Program-made: the position numbers and the translations under genes
In this document: positions 18,199 through 28,203 of the stretch, piece by piece
Layout: each line of letters opens with the position of its first letter
How positions within the stretch are numbered: position 1 is the first letter of the stretch
Virus record (IMG/VR): IMGVR_UViG_3300028591_003737
Span: 1 to 64,000 of that record
Source: a virus
Lineage: Duplodnaviria > Caudoviricetes
DNA: 64,000 nt
Strand: one strand, 5' to 3'
Notes under the pieces: model-generated
The model's input: only the letters and a program-made list of their open reading frames with translations
Database searches by the model: none
What the model was told of the DNA's origin: nothing

Positions 18199-18253
18199 AA
18201 TGTTGTTTGTTTTGATTACATTAATAATATAGTACAAAAAATGAGAAATTCAA
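18196..18253 (-). promoter_or_regulatory. Early promoter + 5'UTR module
   Basis: TTGAATT-N-CTATATTATTAATGTAATCAAAACAAAC..ATTATG; near-copies at 25863, 26471, 42043. Confidence 0.65.
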
Positions 18254-18264
18254 AGAATTTCTCA

Positions 18265-18633
18265 CTAATCTATTAAATCAAAAAGATTTAAATCTATTCC
18301 CCAAGTATCACTATTAAAATGTATAGTATTTAATTTAGGTTTATTATAATTATTTTTTAAATCATGATTAACTTGAAATAACCAATTTATATAATTACAA
18401 ATATCATAACATTCTTTTCTTTTTGCTGCATTATGTATCTGAATTTCTATAGAAGCATTTTCTTTATTATATTTAATCCACATAATGTGTTTAGAATGTT
18501 GATACATTGAACGAATTAATTTATCTCCTAATATTTTTACTAAATTATCTGCTTTTTCATCAAATGGGATATCTGTTTTAGTATCTTTATTAAGATGTAA
18601 TTTTTCTATTATATAATTATTAAAATCTTTCAT
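18265..18633 (-). CDS. Leader-tagged protein (putative capsid internal protein)
   Basis: [17 protein letters not shown]. Confidence 0.7.
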   Translation of the reverse strand: MKDFNNYIIEKLHLNKDTKTDIPFDEKADNLVKILGDKLIRSMYQHSKHIMWIKYNKENASIEIQIHNAAKRKECYDICNYINWLFQVNHDLKNNYNKPKLNTIHFNSDTWGIDLNLFDLID

Positions 18634-18634
18634 G

Positions 18635-18964
18635 TTATTTTAAGTTTTTATTAAAGAAAGGATTATCTAAAAGACATTCTATAATATGTTCTGTTTCTTT
18701 ACATATATTAGTAAATTGTCCTACATCTTTAGCTTCTAAATTAAACCATTCATTTAATTCATTTTTTATTTTAAATCTAGAATGTAACATACTTTCCATT
18801 CTAAATGGATATTTTGTTTTATATATAGAAGATATAAAAAGTTCAGTAGAATTTCCAGTTTGAAGTTTTTTTAATCTATTACTTTTTAAATCTCTAGTAA
18901 CACCAATTTTAAATGTTGTATTTGATGGATCACAAATTAAATATACATATCCTTCAGTTTCCAT
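18635..18964 (-). CDS. GIY-YIG / T5orf172 family protein
   Basis: GYVYLI..FKIGVT..RLKKLQTGN..E..LH..EWF. Confidence 0.85.
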   Translation of the reverse strand: METEGYVYLICDPSNTTFKIGVTRDLKSNRLKKLQTGNSTELFISSIYKTKYPFRMESMLHSRFKIKNELNEWFNLEAKDVGQFTNICKETEHIIECLLDNPFFNKNLK

Positions 18965-19006
18965 AAAAATAAAAGTTCATTATATATAGATAATAAACTT
19001 TATTTT

Positions 19007-19384
19007 TTAATCCATGTGATCATAATGAACTGGTTTACCATCCCAAAGACTAGCATGATGATCATCAATTTTCACATCACCCCATTTATTAATTCTACAA
19101 GTAATTTCTTGAGCATCTTTTTCAAACTTATCTTCTACAGGTACACATTCACCTTGCCAACCATTTCCAGAAACATTCTTCTTTTCAAGTTCTTTAACTT
19201 TAAATGATTTACCAGTTGATTTAATAATCTTATAGAAATCAACAAGAATCATATTATATCCACCAATAGTTACGAGAATATCATCAACATCCCATGTTGT
19301 TGGATCATCTACTTTCTTTTCAATAGTCTTTGTATCTTTATTAAGATGAAGTTTTTCAATTATAAATTTATCTATCTGTTTCAT
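19007..19384 (-). CDS. Leader-tagged protein
   Basis: [17 protein letters not shown]. Confidence 0.7.
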   Translation of the reverse strand: MKQIDKFIIEKLHLNKDTKTIEKKVDDPTTWDVDDILVTIGGYNMILVDFYKIIKSTGKSFKVKELEKKNVSGNGWQGECVPVEDKFEKDAQEITCRINKWGDVKIDDHHASLWDGKPVHYDHMD

Positions 19385-19385
19385 A

Positions 19386-19742
19386 TTATTCTAAATCATC
19401 ATTTTCTATTTTTTCAAGATCTTCAGGTGTTATAGTACCATCTTTATAATCATCTTCAAATTGTTCTATATCTTGATAAGATGAAGGAATTCTATATAAT
19501 TCATATGAATAATTATAAGTATCTATCCATTTTTTATAATTATCTTTTATATAATCAATAGGTATTATAAAACCATTTGATTCATTATCAGAAGTAATTA
19601 ATGCATCAATAAAATCTTTTTTAAAAAAGTCATATGCATCACCAAAAGGAATTATAAAAAGAAATTTTTCATCAAATTCTTTTGTTTTTATATTCTTATC
19701 AAGTTTAAGTTTTTCTAATATATAATTATTTAATTGTATCAT
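19386..19742 (-). CDS. Leader-tagged protein
   Basis: MIQLNNYILE-KLKLDKN. Confidence 0.7.
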   Translation of the reverse strand: MIQLNNYILEKLKLDKNIKTKEFDEKFLFIIPFGDAYDFFKKDFIDALITSDNESNGFIIPIDYIKDNYKKWIDTYNYSYELYRIPSSYQDIEQFEDDYKDGTITPEDLEKIENDDLE

Positions 19743-20728
19743 GCTTCTAACTTTTTAAATTTTCTATACCAAGGATCTTTATCTAAATTCTTCCACTCTA
19801 CAGAAGAATGTTTATCTGTCTGATATTTTTTAAATATATCATTAGGTACCCAATTTGGTTTCCATTTATAATTTATACAATCTTCCTCTTCTTTAGTTAA
19901 TATAATATCATATTTATCTTTGTTATTATTTTGAGTAAGTGTATATATTCCATTTATACAATTAGCACCTCTAGCAAAATCATAATATTTTCCATCTTTT
20001 TTAAGAACATAATGATTACCACACATTTCGTCATCATCATTAATAAGTTCTTGTGCTTGTTTAGAAAAATCAACTTTTATTTCTACAGGACAATCAAATA
20101 TTGTATAGAATTTTTCCCAAATTGATTTAACTAATTTTGTACATTGACCAAACTTTTGAGCATCAATACATTCTTCCCATGTAGATACATGATATCGATT
20201 AATTAAAAATTTCTTTACTTTATCTATATCACTGTCTGATAATGATTCTTTAATTAAATTATTTTTTGATGGATCTACAACAAGATTTAATTTAGTCATA
20301 GTATCTCTATTTATAAGAGTCTTTGTAGATTTCTTTCTTTCATCAGTTACTGCTATAAATGGTTCATCAAGTTTTCTACCACCAATTTTTATATAATCTA
20401 TAATAATTATTGGTCTATGATGAACAACATTACCTACAGTAGGACTTGCTTCTCCTTTCTTATCAAATGTATATTCTTTATCACCAATAGTAATAGTTAC
20501 TTTATCACCATCAATATTCATTTTATCAACACCAAGAGTAGGAACAACTCCACCATTACCTGTATCTATAGTAGCAGTAAATTCATATTTATCACCTTTA
20601 ATACCTATAGTTACCATCTCCTTAAATCCAACTCTTTTTTTGAAATTTCTTTGAATGAAATCTCTAAGTGGTTTAAGAAGCTTATTATCAAATAATCCTT
20701 CTACTATATATTCATTTAATGTTCTCAT
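19739..20728 (-). CDS. Leader-tagged retropepsin-like (RimK-associated) aspartic protease fused to unknown domain
   Basis: MRTLNEYIVE; ATIDTGNGG, HRPII, DER..K.LINRD..KLNLVVDPSK. Confidence 0.7.
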   Translation of the reverse strand: MRTLNEYIVEGLFDNKLLKPLRDFIQRNFKKRVGFKEMVTIGIKGDKYEFTATIDTGNGGVVPTLGVDKMNIDGDKVTITIGDKEYTFDKKGEASPTVGNVVHHRPIIIIDYIKIGGRKLDEPFIAVTDERKKSTKTLINRDTMTKLNLVVDPSKNNLIKESLSDSDIDKVKKFLINRYHVSTWEECIDAQKFGQCTKLVKSIWEKFYTIFDCPVEIKVDFSKQAQELINDDDEMCGNHYVLKKDGKYYDFARGANCINGIYTLTQNNNKDKYDIILTKEEEDCINYKWKPNWVPNDIFKKYQTDKHSSVEWKNLDKDPWYRKFKKLEA

Positions 20729-21152
20729 CTTCACTTGGATTACCTATTATATATATTCTTTGATTATTAGTAAATTTATCATCAGCATATGAAAAATAAT
20801 TATCTTTAAATCCTAATCCTGCAGTATTTCCTATTGGACGCCAATTAGAAATAACCTTTTTATATATTTTTCTTAAAAATTTTGTTGGTTCAGAATCAAT
20901 ATCATAAAAATATTTTACTTCAAATTTATTATTTACTTTTTTAGAAATATTTTTATAATCAGATAGTTCAACATATATTAATAAATCATAAATATTATTT
21001 TCTTTAACCCATTTATCAATATAATTTTTAACAACATCAGGATATTTAGGTTTAAGTATATTTAATAATTCAGATACAACATCTATATTTTCAGTATTAA
21101 TATCTTTATTAAGATGTAATTTCTCTATTATATATGTATTAATATTTATCAT
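20712..21152 (-). CDS. Leader-tagged protein
   Basis: [17 protein letters not shown]. Confidence 0.7.
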   Translation of the reverse strand: MININTYIIEKLHLNKDINTENIDVVSELLNILKPKYPDVVKNYIDKWVKENNIYDLLIYVELSDYKNISKKVNNKFEVKYFYDIDSEPTKFLRKIYKKVISNWRPIGNTAGLGFKDNYFSYADDKFTNNQRIYIIGNPSEDENIK

Positions 21153-21176
21153 TTATTAAGTATTTTTTAATAAGTT

Positions 21177-21668
21177 TTATAAATTTTCTTCAATCATATT
21201 TATATATGAATTATAATCTGTAACACTATTTTTTGATTTTAAATATTGTATTGTATATTCATTATCAAATATAAATGTATCATTTTTATCAAAATAATTT
21301 AATAATTTGTCTTTATCTTTATCTGAATTATTATAATTTTTAAATAATTTTTTTATAAGTTCATATCCAATATATATTGGTAGAAATATTGAACTATTAT
21401 TTTTCAAATTAGATTTCCATTCAATAAAGTTATTACTGTTAATAAATATATCTTTCTTTATTTGCTCATAATCTTTAACAAAGGTAATTTGATTTTTAGA
21501 TATATCTTTAATTTTACATATTGGATGTACATAAATATACGTTCCACCCATATGTTCTAATGAAATAAGAATACATTTATCATTAGGAGAAAAATTATAA
21601 TAATCATTAGTTTTAATATCTTTATTAAGATGAAGTTTTTCTGTTATATATGTATTTAAATTATTCAT
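21177..21668 (-). CDS. Leader-tagged protein
   Basis: [17 protein letters not shown] (internal ATG). Confidence 0.7.
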   Translation of the reverse strand: MNNLNTYITEKLHLNKDIKTNDYYNFSPNDKCILISLEHMGGTYIYVHPICKIKDISKNQITFVKDYEQIKKDIFINSNNFIEWKSNLKNNSSIFLPIYIGYELIKKLFKNYNNSDKDKDKLLNYFDKNDTFIFDNEYTIQYLKSKNSVTDYNSYINMIEENL

Positions 21669-22680
21669 AATCTTCATCTGATTTATTTGAAAGTTTTTCT
21701 TTTACTTGAGATTCAATTTCTTCTGCCCATTCTGAATTATCTTCAAAGAATTGTATAAGTTTATCTCTTCCTTGACAGATATTTTCATCATTATATTTAA
21801 ACCATGATCCTGCTTTATGAATAATATCCATTTCAATAGCTAAATCAATTACTTCAGTTCCACGGCAAATACCTTTACCATATTCAATAACAAATTCTGC
21901 TTTTCTAAATGGAGGAGCACATTTATTCTTAACAACTTTAACTCTTGTCATATTTCCTGTTGCATCATCACCATCTTTAAGTTGTGTTGTTCTTCTTACA
22001 TCAAGACGCATAGATGCATAGAATTTAAGAGCATTACCTCCAGTTGTAGTCTCTGGATTGCCAAAAAGTACGCCTATTTTATCTCTGAGCTGATTAATAA
22101 ATATAACACATGTATTTGTTTTGGAAACAATAGAAGTTATCTTACGGAGCGCCTGAGACATTAATCTTGCTTGAAGACCAATTTTATTATCTCCCATTGT
22201 TCCTTCAATTTCAGCTTTTGGAGTAAGAGCTGCTACTGAGTCAATAACAACAACTGCCATACTTCCAGATGAAATAAGTGTTTCAGCAATATCAAGAGCT
22301 TCTTCACCACATGATGGTTGAGAAACATAAAGTTTACTCATATCTACACCAAGAGCTTTAGCATATGTTCTATCAAATGCATGTTCAGCATCTATCATTG
22401 CACACATTTCTCCAAGTTTCTGTGCTTCAGCGATAGCATGTATTGCAAGAGTTGTTTTACCAGAAGATTCTGGACCATAAATTTCTACTATTCTTCCTCT
22501 TGGATAACCACCTATACCAAGAGCATAATCAAGAGTAAGACTACCTGAAGGAATAACATCAATATCAAGTTCAGGTGCTTCATCAAGACGCATTACACTT
22601 CCTTTACCAAAATCTTTTTCAATTTTCTTTAGAGCTTCTTGTAAAGCTGCTAATTTATCTGTATTTTCTATTTTACTCAT
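21661..22680 (-). CDS. recA: Recombinase RecA
   Basis: [43 protein letters not shown]. Confidence 0.97.
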   Translation of the reverse strand: MSKIENTDKLAALQEALKKIEKDFGKGSVMRLDEAPELDIDVIPSGSLTLDYALGIGGYPRGRIVEIYGPESSGKTTLAIHAIAEAQKLGEMCAMIDAEHAFDRTYAKALGVDMSKLYVSQPSCGEEALDIAETLISSGSMAVVVIDSVAALTPKAEIEGTMGDNKIGLQARLMSQALRKITSIVSKTNTCVIFINQLRDKIGVLFGNPETTTGGNALKFYASMRLDVRRTTQLKDGDDATGNMTRVKVVKNKCAPPFRKAEFVIEYGKGICRGTEVIDLAIEMDIIHKAGSWFKYNDENICQGRDKLIQFFEDNSEWAEEIESQVKEKLSNKSDEDYE

Positions 22681-22684
22681 AATA

Positions 22685-23140
22685 TTATATTGGATCTACC
22701 AAATTATATTTCACATCACATTTACCTTGATAAACGTCCATAGAATAGAAAGTAATTGGTTTATCTAAAAATGATACTTCAAATGTACAATCATACATTC
22801 TACCTTGTGAATCATATTTTTGGTATAATTCTATTTCTTCATCAATATTTCTTCTTAGAATATCTTTTACTCTCATAAAATCAGCTGCTGATATATCACT
22901 ACACCACAATTGTTTATCTTTTGTATTATAATATATTTTTAAGAATGTTGAATTATCTATAAATTCTTCAATATTATCTTTTTTAGCATCTTTAAATTCA
23001 ATACCAGTATACCATTTAAAGAAATCTTTAATTGTTAATCCTTCAAATTTATACTCAAAATCTTTTTCATCTATTTGAGATGATTTAGTATTTTTATTTA
23101 AATGAAGTTTTTCAATAATATATTTACTTAAATTATTCAT
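22685..23140 (-). CDS. Leader-tagged protein
   Basis: [17 protein letters not shown]. Confidence 0.7.
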   Translation of the reverse strand: MNNLSKYIIEKLHLNKNTKSSQIDEKDFEYKFEGLTIKDFFKWYTGIEFKDAKKDNIEEFIDNSTFLKIYYNTKDKQLWCSDISAADFMRVKDILRRNIDEEIELYQKYDSQGRMYDCTFEVSFLDKPITFYSMDVYQGKCDVKYNLVDPI

Positions 23141-23727
23141 TGTTCAAATAGTTCTTTAGTTATATTTACTAATTTATTCCATGCTTGACCAGTAAATCTA
23201 GATTTATTAATTGCCTCATTAAAATCATCTTTATAATATTTAAATTCTTTAATACCATCTAAAACTTTTGTTAAAACATCATCAGTTAATTCATATACAG
23301 GATGATTACCATATAAACCTCCGCCTTTATATTTTTCTGATTTATATTCTAATTCATACTTATAAGTTGAAGCTACACTAAATGATTTTTTACCATTACT
23401 ATAAAATAATCTAACATATATTAAAATTTTATCAGATGGTAAATTACCCATATTATTTTCAGCAGGTTTAGTAATATCAAATTTTAAATCAATATGAGAA
23501 GTATTATTTGGATTTTTAAAATAAAGATAATAATTACAATATTTATATCCATTATCATTAATTGATGAAGAAATTTGTTTTTCAAATTCATCACTATTAT
23601 CTTTATATCCTATATCTGAAAATGCTTCATCTAATTCTTTAATTATATCATCAAAACTTTCTTCTTGTTTATCAGTATCTTTATTTAAATGTAATTTTTC
23701 AATAATATATTTATTTATGTTTCTCAT
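23137..23727 (-). CDS. Leader-tagged protein
   Basis: [17 protein letters not shown]. Confidence 0.7.
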   Translation of the reverse strand: MRNINKYIIEKLHLNKDTDKQEESFDDIIKELDEAFSDIGYKDNSDEFEKQISSSINDNGYKYCNYYLYFKNPNNTSHIDLKFDITKPAENNMGNLPSDKILIYVRLFYSNGKKSFSVASTYKYELEYKSEKYKGGGLYGNHPVYELTDDVLTKVLDGIKEFKYYKDDFNEAINKSRFTGQAWNKLVNITKELFEQ

Positions 23728-24085
23728 TTTCTAAATCTAATTGATGTTTTTTCTTAAGTAAATCTGTAACTTCATCTCCATAATCAGCACCTAATTTATT
23801 AAATTCTTTAGTTTGTTTATCTAATGGTAAACCTTTATAACATAAATTAATTATTTTATCTATATTCCTTTCATTTGATATTTTTATTACTAAATGAAAA
23901 GTACCATTTTTATTAAATTGTTTACCATCTCCATTTCTTATTCCATCTGCTGCATCTTCAGCAGTATCATAAAGAATATAATTTGCTCCATCATTTTTCC
24001 AACTATATACAACCATATACTTAACAATTTCTGTATCTTTGTTAAGTTTTAATTTTTCTAATATATAATTATCCAATTGTTTCAT
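23711..24085 (-). CDS. Leader-tagged protein (first of array)
   Basis: MKQLDNYILE-KLKLNKD. Confidence 0.7.
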   Translation of the reverse strand: MKQLDNYILEKLKLNKDTEIVKYMVVYSWKNDGANYILYDTAEDAADGIRNGDGKQFNKNGTFHLVIKISNERNIDKIINLCYKGLPLDKQTKEFNKLGADYGDEVTDLLKKKHQLDLENEKHK

Positions 24086-24087
24086 AT

Positions 24088-24098
24088 ATATAAAAATA
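24088..24098 (-). promoter_or_regulatory. Putative late promoter motif TATTTTTATAT
   Basis: Immediately upstream of the leader-gene array, after a terminator. Confidence 0.55.
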
Positions 24099-24100
24099 AA

Positions 24101-24127
24101 AAATCTGAAGTATAATACTTCAGATTT
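24101..24127. terminator. Intrinsic terminator
   Basis: AAATCTGAAGTAT-A-ATACTTCAGATTT. Confidence 0.65.
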
Positions 24128-25160
24128 ATACTAAATCAAGAATTGAACTAATTGAATTTGCTTCAGCGACTAATTGATATTCTACTTCATGAGTATCTTT
24201 ACATATTTTATATGTTTTATAATCATCGAATATCTTTAAAATTTCTGGAGGATAAGATTCTTTTTGTAATACAACTAATTGTCTATTATATTCAAAATGC
24301 TTTACTATTTGATCTAAAGGTTTATCAACTTTATCTTTATATGCTTTTTGATTTAAAAGATTTTCAAGAAATGTTGTATATTCTTCTTCATCATTATAAT
24401 CTAATTCAGAATTAATATCTTTTTGACTTACTCTATATACTTTATCTGATTTAGATTTCTTTACAATAATAGGGAATATATTATCACCTTTATCTCCACG
24501 AATAATCTTATCAATTACTACTTCTTTAGGATTAATCTCTTTAAACTCTTTTGCTTTATCAATTATTGAATGATAAATCTGTTCATTTTCTGAATAAGCT
24601 TCATTAAAGAAGAAATCCATTTCATCTTCATCTTGATGTACTGTAATTACTCCAGTGTCTTTAGTCCAGCAAATTGTAAAACAACTATCTTTATTAATTT
24701 TAATTAATTGTGTTAAGTCTTTATCTCTAGACCATATAATTACATTAGTTCCTTCTGAATTTAATTTTTCAGACCAATACCACATCCAGTCATCACCTTC
24801 AAGATTTGGTTCTTTACAAACTGTAATACCTGCTGCACGTAATTTAGAAGCAAAATCTTCATAAGCATCAAATATCATATCCCAGTTTATAGATTCATCT
24901 TTTATTCTATTTCCTTTATATTCTTCTTCCAAGAAATCTGGAATTGGTAATTTATTTCTCCAACTGCCCCCATCTGATACAAATATTATATTATCTATTT
25001 CAGTAAATTGTTTAAGAACTATATTTATTGAACGTATCATCATCAATTTTAAGTCCTTACATAATTTATCATCGTCAGAATATCTTGTTTGTAAAACAGA
25101 TAATCTAGACATTAGAAGCCAGTTGCCATCAATTAAAAGTGTAAGTTTACTATTAGGCAT
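24126..25160 (-). CDS. 5'-3' exonuclease / T4 RNase H-like flap nuclease
   Basis: LLIDGN, SWRN, YKGNR, EGDD, SRDKDL, GDKGDNI; start at MPNSK. Confidence 0.88.
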   Translation of the reverse strand: MPNSKLTLLIDGNWLLMSRLSVLQTRYSDDDKLCKDLKLMMIRSINIVLKQFTEIDNIIFVSDGGSWRNKLPIPDFLEEEYKGNRIKDESINWDMIFDAYEDFASKLRAAGITVCKEPNLEGDDWMWYWSEKLNSEGTNVIIWSRDKDLTQLIKINKDSCFTICWTKDTGVITVHQDEDEMDFFFNEAYSENEQIYHSIIDKAKEFKEINPKEVVIDKIIRGDKGDNIFPIIVKKSKSDKVYRVSQKDINSELDYNDEEEYTTFLENLLNQKAYKDKVDKPLDQIVKHFEYNRQLVVLQKESYPPEILKIFDDYKTYKICKDTHEVEYQLVAEANSISSILDLV

Positions 25161-25289
25161 ACTGCTATATAACTTATATTTATATATTAAGATAGAACAT
25201 CTGATTATATAAATACAAAAAGGACGCCTTAAAAAAGACGTCATGAACACAACAACAATACGAACTATGAACTACACCACAATCCTTTA

Positions 25290-25865
25290 TTACTTATTCA
25301 TTTTCTCTTTCAGTTCGGCAAGACAACCAAATGCATCTCCAAAAGTAGGAGTATGTGATCCATATTGTCCTCCAGTCTCATTTTTATCATTCTTTACAGG
25401 ACGATAATCTGAAGATTCCTTTTCAAGCTGACGAGTAGCAGTCTCTTTCTTACGATACATGTGATTCCTCTTCAAGGTCTCATCATCAAACATTGGATTG
25501 ACCATAAAAGGATTCATCAGCATAAGACGTTTACGAATGATATCGAGAACCTGTGCATTGTCACATTCAAGCATCTCCTGAAGCTTCTCAGTAATTTTTG
25601 CAAGCTGAGCAAGAGCTGAAAGCTTTCGGATAGGATCTGCATTGCCACGTTGAAGCATTACACAGACAACGGCATCATTTACCAGTTCATCAGCTTCAGC
25701 CTGCTTTTTCTTTTCCTCTTCGTTGAGGACAGCCCAAAACTTATCAACTACAACAAGCTTCTTGTTAAACTCATCCCAAGAGAATTCCATGGGCTTACCC
25801 ATGAGCTTTACAGTGACAGTCTTAGAGGTCTTGTTAAGAATGCGAAAACGAACTTCTTTTTCCAT
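25290..25865 (-). CDS. Hypothetical early protein
   Basis: 191-aa ORF behind the early module. Confidence 0.65.
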   Translation of the reverse strand: MEKEVRFRILNKTSKTVTVKLMGKPMEFSWDEFNKKLVVVDKFWAVLNEEEKKKQAEADELVNDAVVCVMLQRGNADPIRKLSALAQLAKITEKLQEMLECDNAQVLDIIRKRLMLMNPFMVNPMFDDETLKRNHMYRKKETATRQLEKESSDYRPVKNDKNETGGQYGSHTPTFGDAFGCLAELKEKMNK

Positions 25866-25921
25866 AATATTTATTTTGTTTTTGATTACAATTTAATATA
25901 GTATCTTTTTTCTAGAATTCA

Positions 25922-26236
25922 TTAATGAAGGACTTCAATTTTACCTTCAGAGATAGCATCATTAAGTCTAGTAGAAAGAATATTGAATGCCCACTCAATA
26001 TTTGGAACATCAACTATATCAGTGATAAACTTAGCGTACTTTACATCTCCTTCCATTTCAGGTTCAACTACATTAGAGAGAATATGATAGAACATATCAT
26101 TATCCATAGTCCACTTATCAGTAAGCTTATAACATACACAAAGCTTATTCCAAGCAGTAACATGCATTTCAAGATTATACCAATTACCAGTATCAATAAC
26201 CTTAATAAGACGAGGGAGAGTTTCAATATTAATCAT
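25922..26236 (-). CDS. Hypothetical protein
   Basis: 104-aa ORF. Confidence 0.6.
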   Translation of the reverse strand: MINIETLPRLIKVIDTGNWYNLEMHVTAWNKLCVCYKLTDKWTMDNDMFYHILSNVVEPEMEGDVKYAKFITDIVDVPNIEWAFNILSTRLNDAISEGKIEVLH

Positions 26237-26248
26237 GATTTTTATAAA

Positions 26249-26473
26249 TTATTTGTTAGACTTCAAAGAAATAGCAACAGCGCGGTCATAGACCTCAAGA
26301 AAATGCATCTGTTTTTCAAAATTAGTAAGCCAACCCCAAATAAAGGGACCAAAAATAAGAGCATAAGCCCATCCCCACATAGAGCTCTCAGCAGCACCAG
26401 TGCCAAGAATAATAGAAATAATCATTGCAATCATCTCAATCTGAATAAGGAGATATTTTACAGTGTGTTTCAT
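26249..26473 (-). CDS. Small membrane protein
   Basis: Two hydrophobic segments; early module upstream. Confidence 0.6.
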   Translation of the reverse strand: MKHTVKYLLIQIEMIAMIISIILGTGAAESSMWGWAYALIFGPFIWGWLTNFEKQMHFLEVYDRAVAISLKSNK

Positions 26474-26561
26474 AATGTTTGTTTTTAATTACATTAATAA
26501 TATAGAACATAATCTGAAAAATTCAATTATTTTTATATATAATATATATATATTAAATTTT

Positions 26562-28202
26562 ATGAAAGACTTAAAACATATACTTCTTTTTGAAGCTAAT
26601 AAAAAATCACCATCTGGAATTGGTAAAATAAAGAATACATCAAGAGAAGAAGATGTAGAATTTATTGCTGGAGATGTTTATGATTTATCAGGAGATAATA
26701 GATATACTGATAAATTTACATATTATAGTGGTAAAGGTGATGGTTATATAATGGATAAAGATGGTAATTACTATGATGTAGTTACTTCATCTTGGTCAAG
26801 TGATGCTGGTAGAATTGCTGGTGGTTCTATGAATTATCAAGTAACAATTAAGAAAGCTAATGGTACTGATGATGCAATATTTAATGGTTATACAGCAATA
26901 TTTAGTAGTCCTCATTATTCAACAATTATTGAAGATATTAAAGCTGGTTATTATCTTGAAGATTATATTGCTAAGAACTGGGGTGCTTTATCAGATAGTA
27001 AAAAATTCGAAGAATTAAAAAAGAAAGGAGATCCTAATGCTAAATCATACCATACTGAAAAAGAAGAAAATAAAGCAAGAAAGGAAGAAGAATTTGCAGA
27101 AAGATATATAATACTTCCTAAATTTATAGGTTTTACTATTAAAGATGGTAAATTAGAATTTGAAAATCTTAAACCTAAAAAAGAAACAGAAGGTAAACCA
27201 GAAAAAACAAAATGGGATTTAAGACAAAAAGATTTTGATTCAGAAGAAGCATATAAAGCAGCAGAAGAAACATTACAAAAACAATGGGATGAATATAATG
27301 CTAATCTTAAAGAAATTAATGATAAATTAACTGATGTTGTAAATAAGATTGCAACTAAATTAACAGAAGAATATTTTAAGGCTCCTATATCAAAACTTAC
27401 AGGATTACATTTTACAATTGATCCTAAATTAAATAATCCTCATTCATGGGAAGAAACTTCTGCAATAGCAATTGATACTAAGAAAAATAAAGTTGTTACT
27501 CTTAATAGAAAATCTAAGAAAGGAATTGGACAATATACACCTTGGAAAGATATTAATGAAAATCCAGAATTTGTACTTGGACCATCAGCTACAGTAATAA
27601 AGAGTAAAGCTTCTGATTATTTAGTAGATTTATTTAAGAGAGCATCTGATGCTTGGCAGAAGATTAATGGTAGAACAAAGACTAAGTATATTGAAGATAA
27701 CTGGGAAGAAATTTGGAAATCTGGTAGAGGATATTATTCTTGGAATCCTGATAAGTATACTAAGAGTGAAGCAAGAAAGATGGCTGAAGAAAAATTCTAT
27801 AAATGGTTAAATGAATTTAATTGGGATTCTTCACAAGGAACTATTACATTCAGTACTGATTTTATAAAAGATTATATTCAGGGTGAACTTCCACAGTCAG
27901 AAAATGAAAAAGAAGAAACATCAAAACAAACAACTCAAGAAGAGATTAAGACAGATGTATCTAAAGCAAGAAAAGTTCAAGAACCTAAAATGGATGCATG
28001 GCATAATGGAACAAGAAAACAGAATGTAAAGAATTGTTCAGATGCTAAACTTAAACTTAATTATGAAATTTGTAAAGATAAGGGATATGATAAAGAAGCA
28101 CAGATTCTTAAAGATGAAGCAGAATCAAGAGGACTTACTTTAGAAAATCTTAATCTTGAAGATATGAAATTCTCAATAATTGAACAATTATATTTAAATT
28201 AA
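26562..28202 (+). CDS. Leader-like-tagged hypothetical protein
   Basis: Start MKDLKHILLFE after TATTTTTATAT (26528-26538). Confidence 0.65.
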   Translation: MKDLKHILLFEANKKSPSGIGKIKNTSREEDVEFIAGDVYDLSGDNRYTDKFTYYSGKGDGYIMDKDGNYYDVVTSSWSSDAGRIAGGSMNYQVTIKKANGTDDAIFNGYTAIFSSPHYSTIIEDIKAGYYLEDYIAKNWGALSDSKKFEELKKKGDPNAKSYHTEKEENKARKEEEFAERYIILPKFIGFTIKDGKLEFENLKPKKETEGKPEKTKWDLRQKDFDSEEAYKAAEETLQKQWDEYNANLKEINDKLTDVVNKIATKLTEEYFKAPISKLTGLHFTIDPKLNNPHSWEETSAIAIDTKKNKVVTLNRKSKKGIGQYTPWKDINENPEFVLGPSATVIKSKASDYLVDLFKRASDAWQKINGRTKTKYIEDNWEEIWKSGRGYYSWNPDKYTKSEARKMAEEKFYKWLNEFNWDSSQGTITFSTDFIKDYIQGELPQSENEKEETSKQTTQEEIKTDVSKARKVQEPKMDAWHNGTRKQNVKNCSDAKLKLNYEICKDKGYDKEAQILKDEAESRGLTLENLNLEDMKFSIIEQLYLN

Positions 28203-28203
28203 A

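Noticed and set aside
18265-24085. CRISPR array or integron attC repeats
   Set aside because: The repeats are coding, vary at synonymous sites, are irregularly spaced and are not palindromic.
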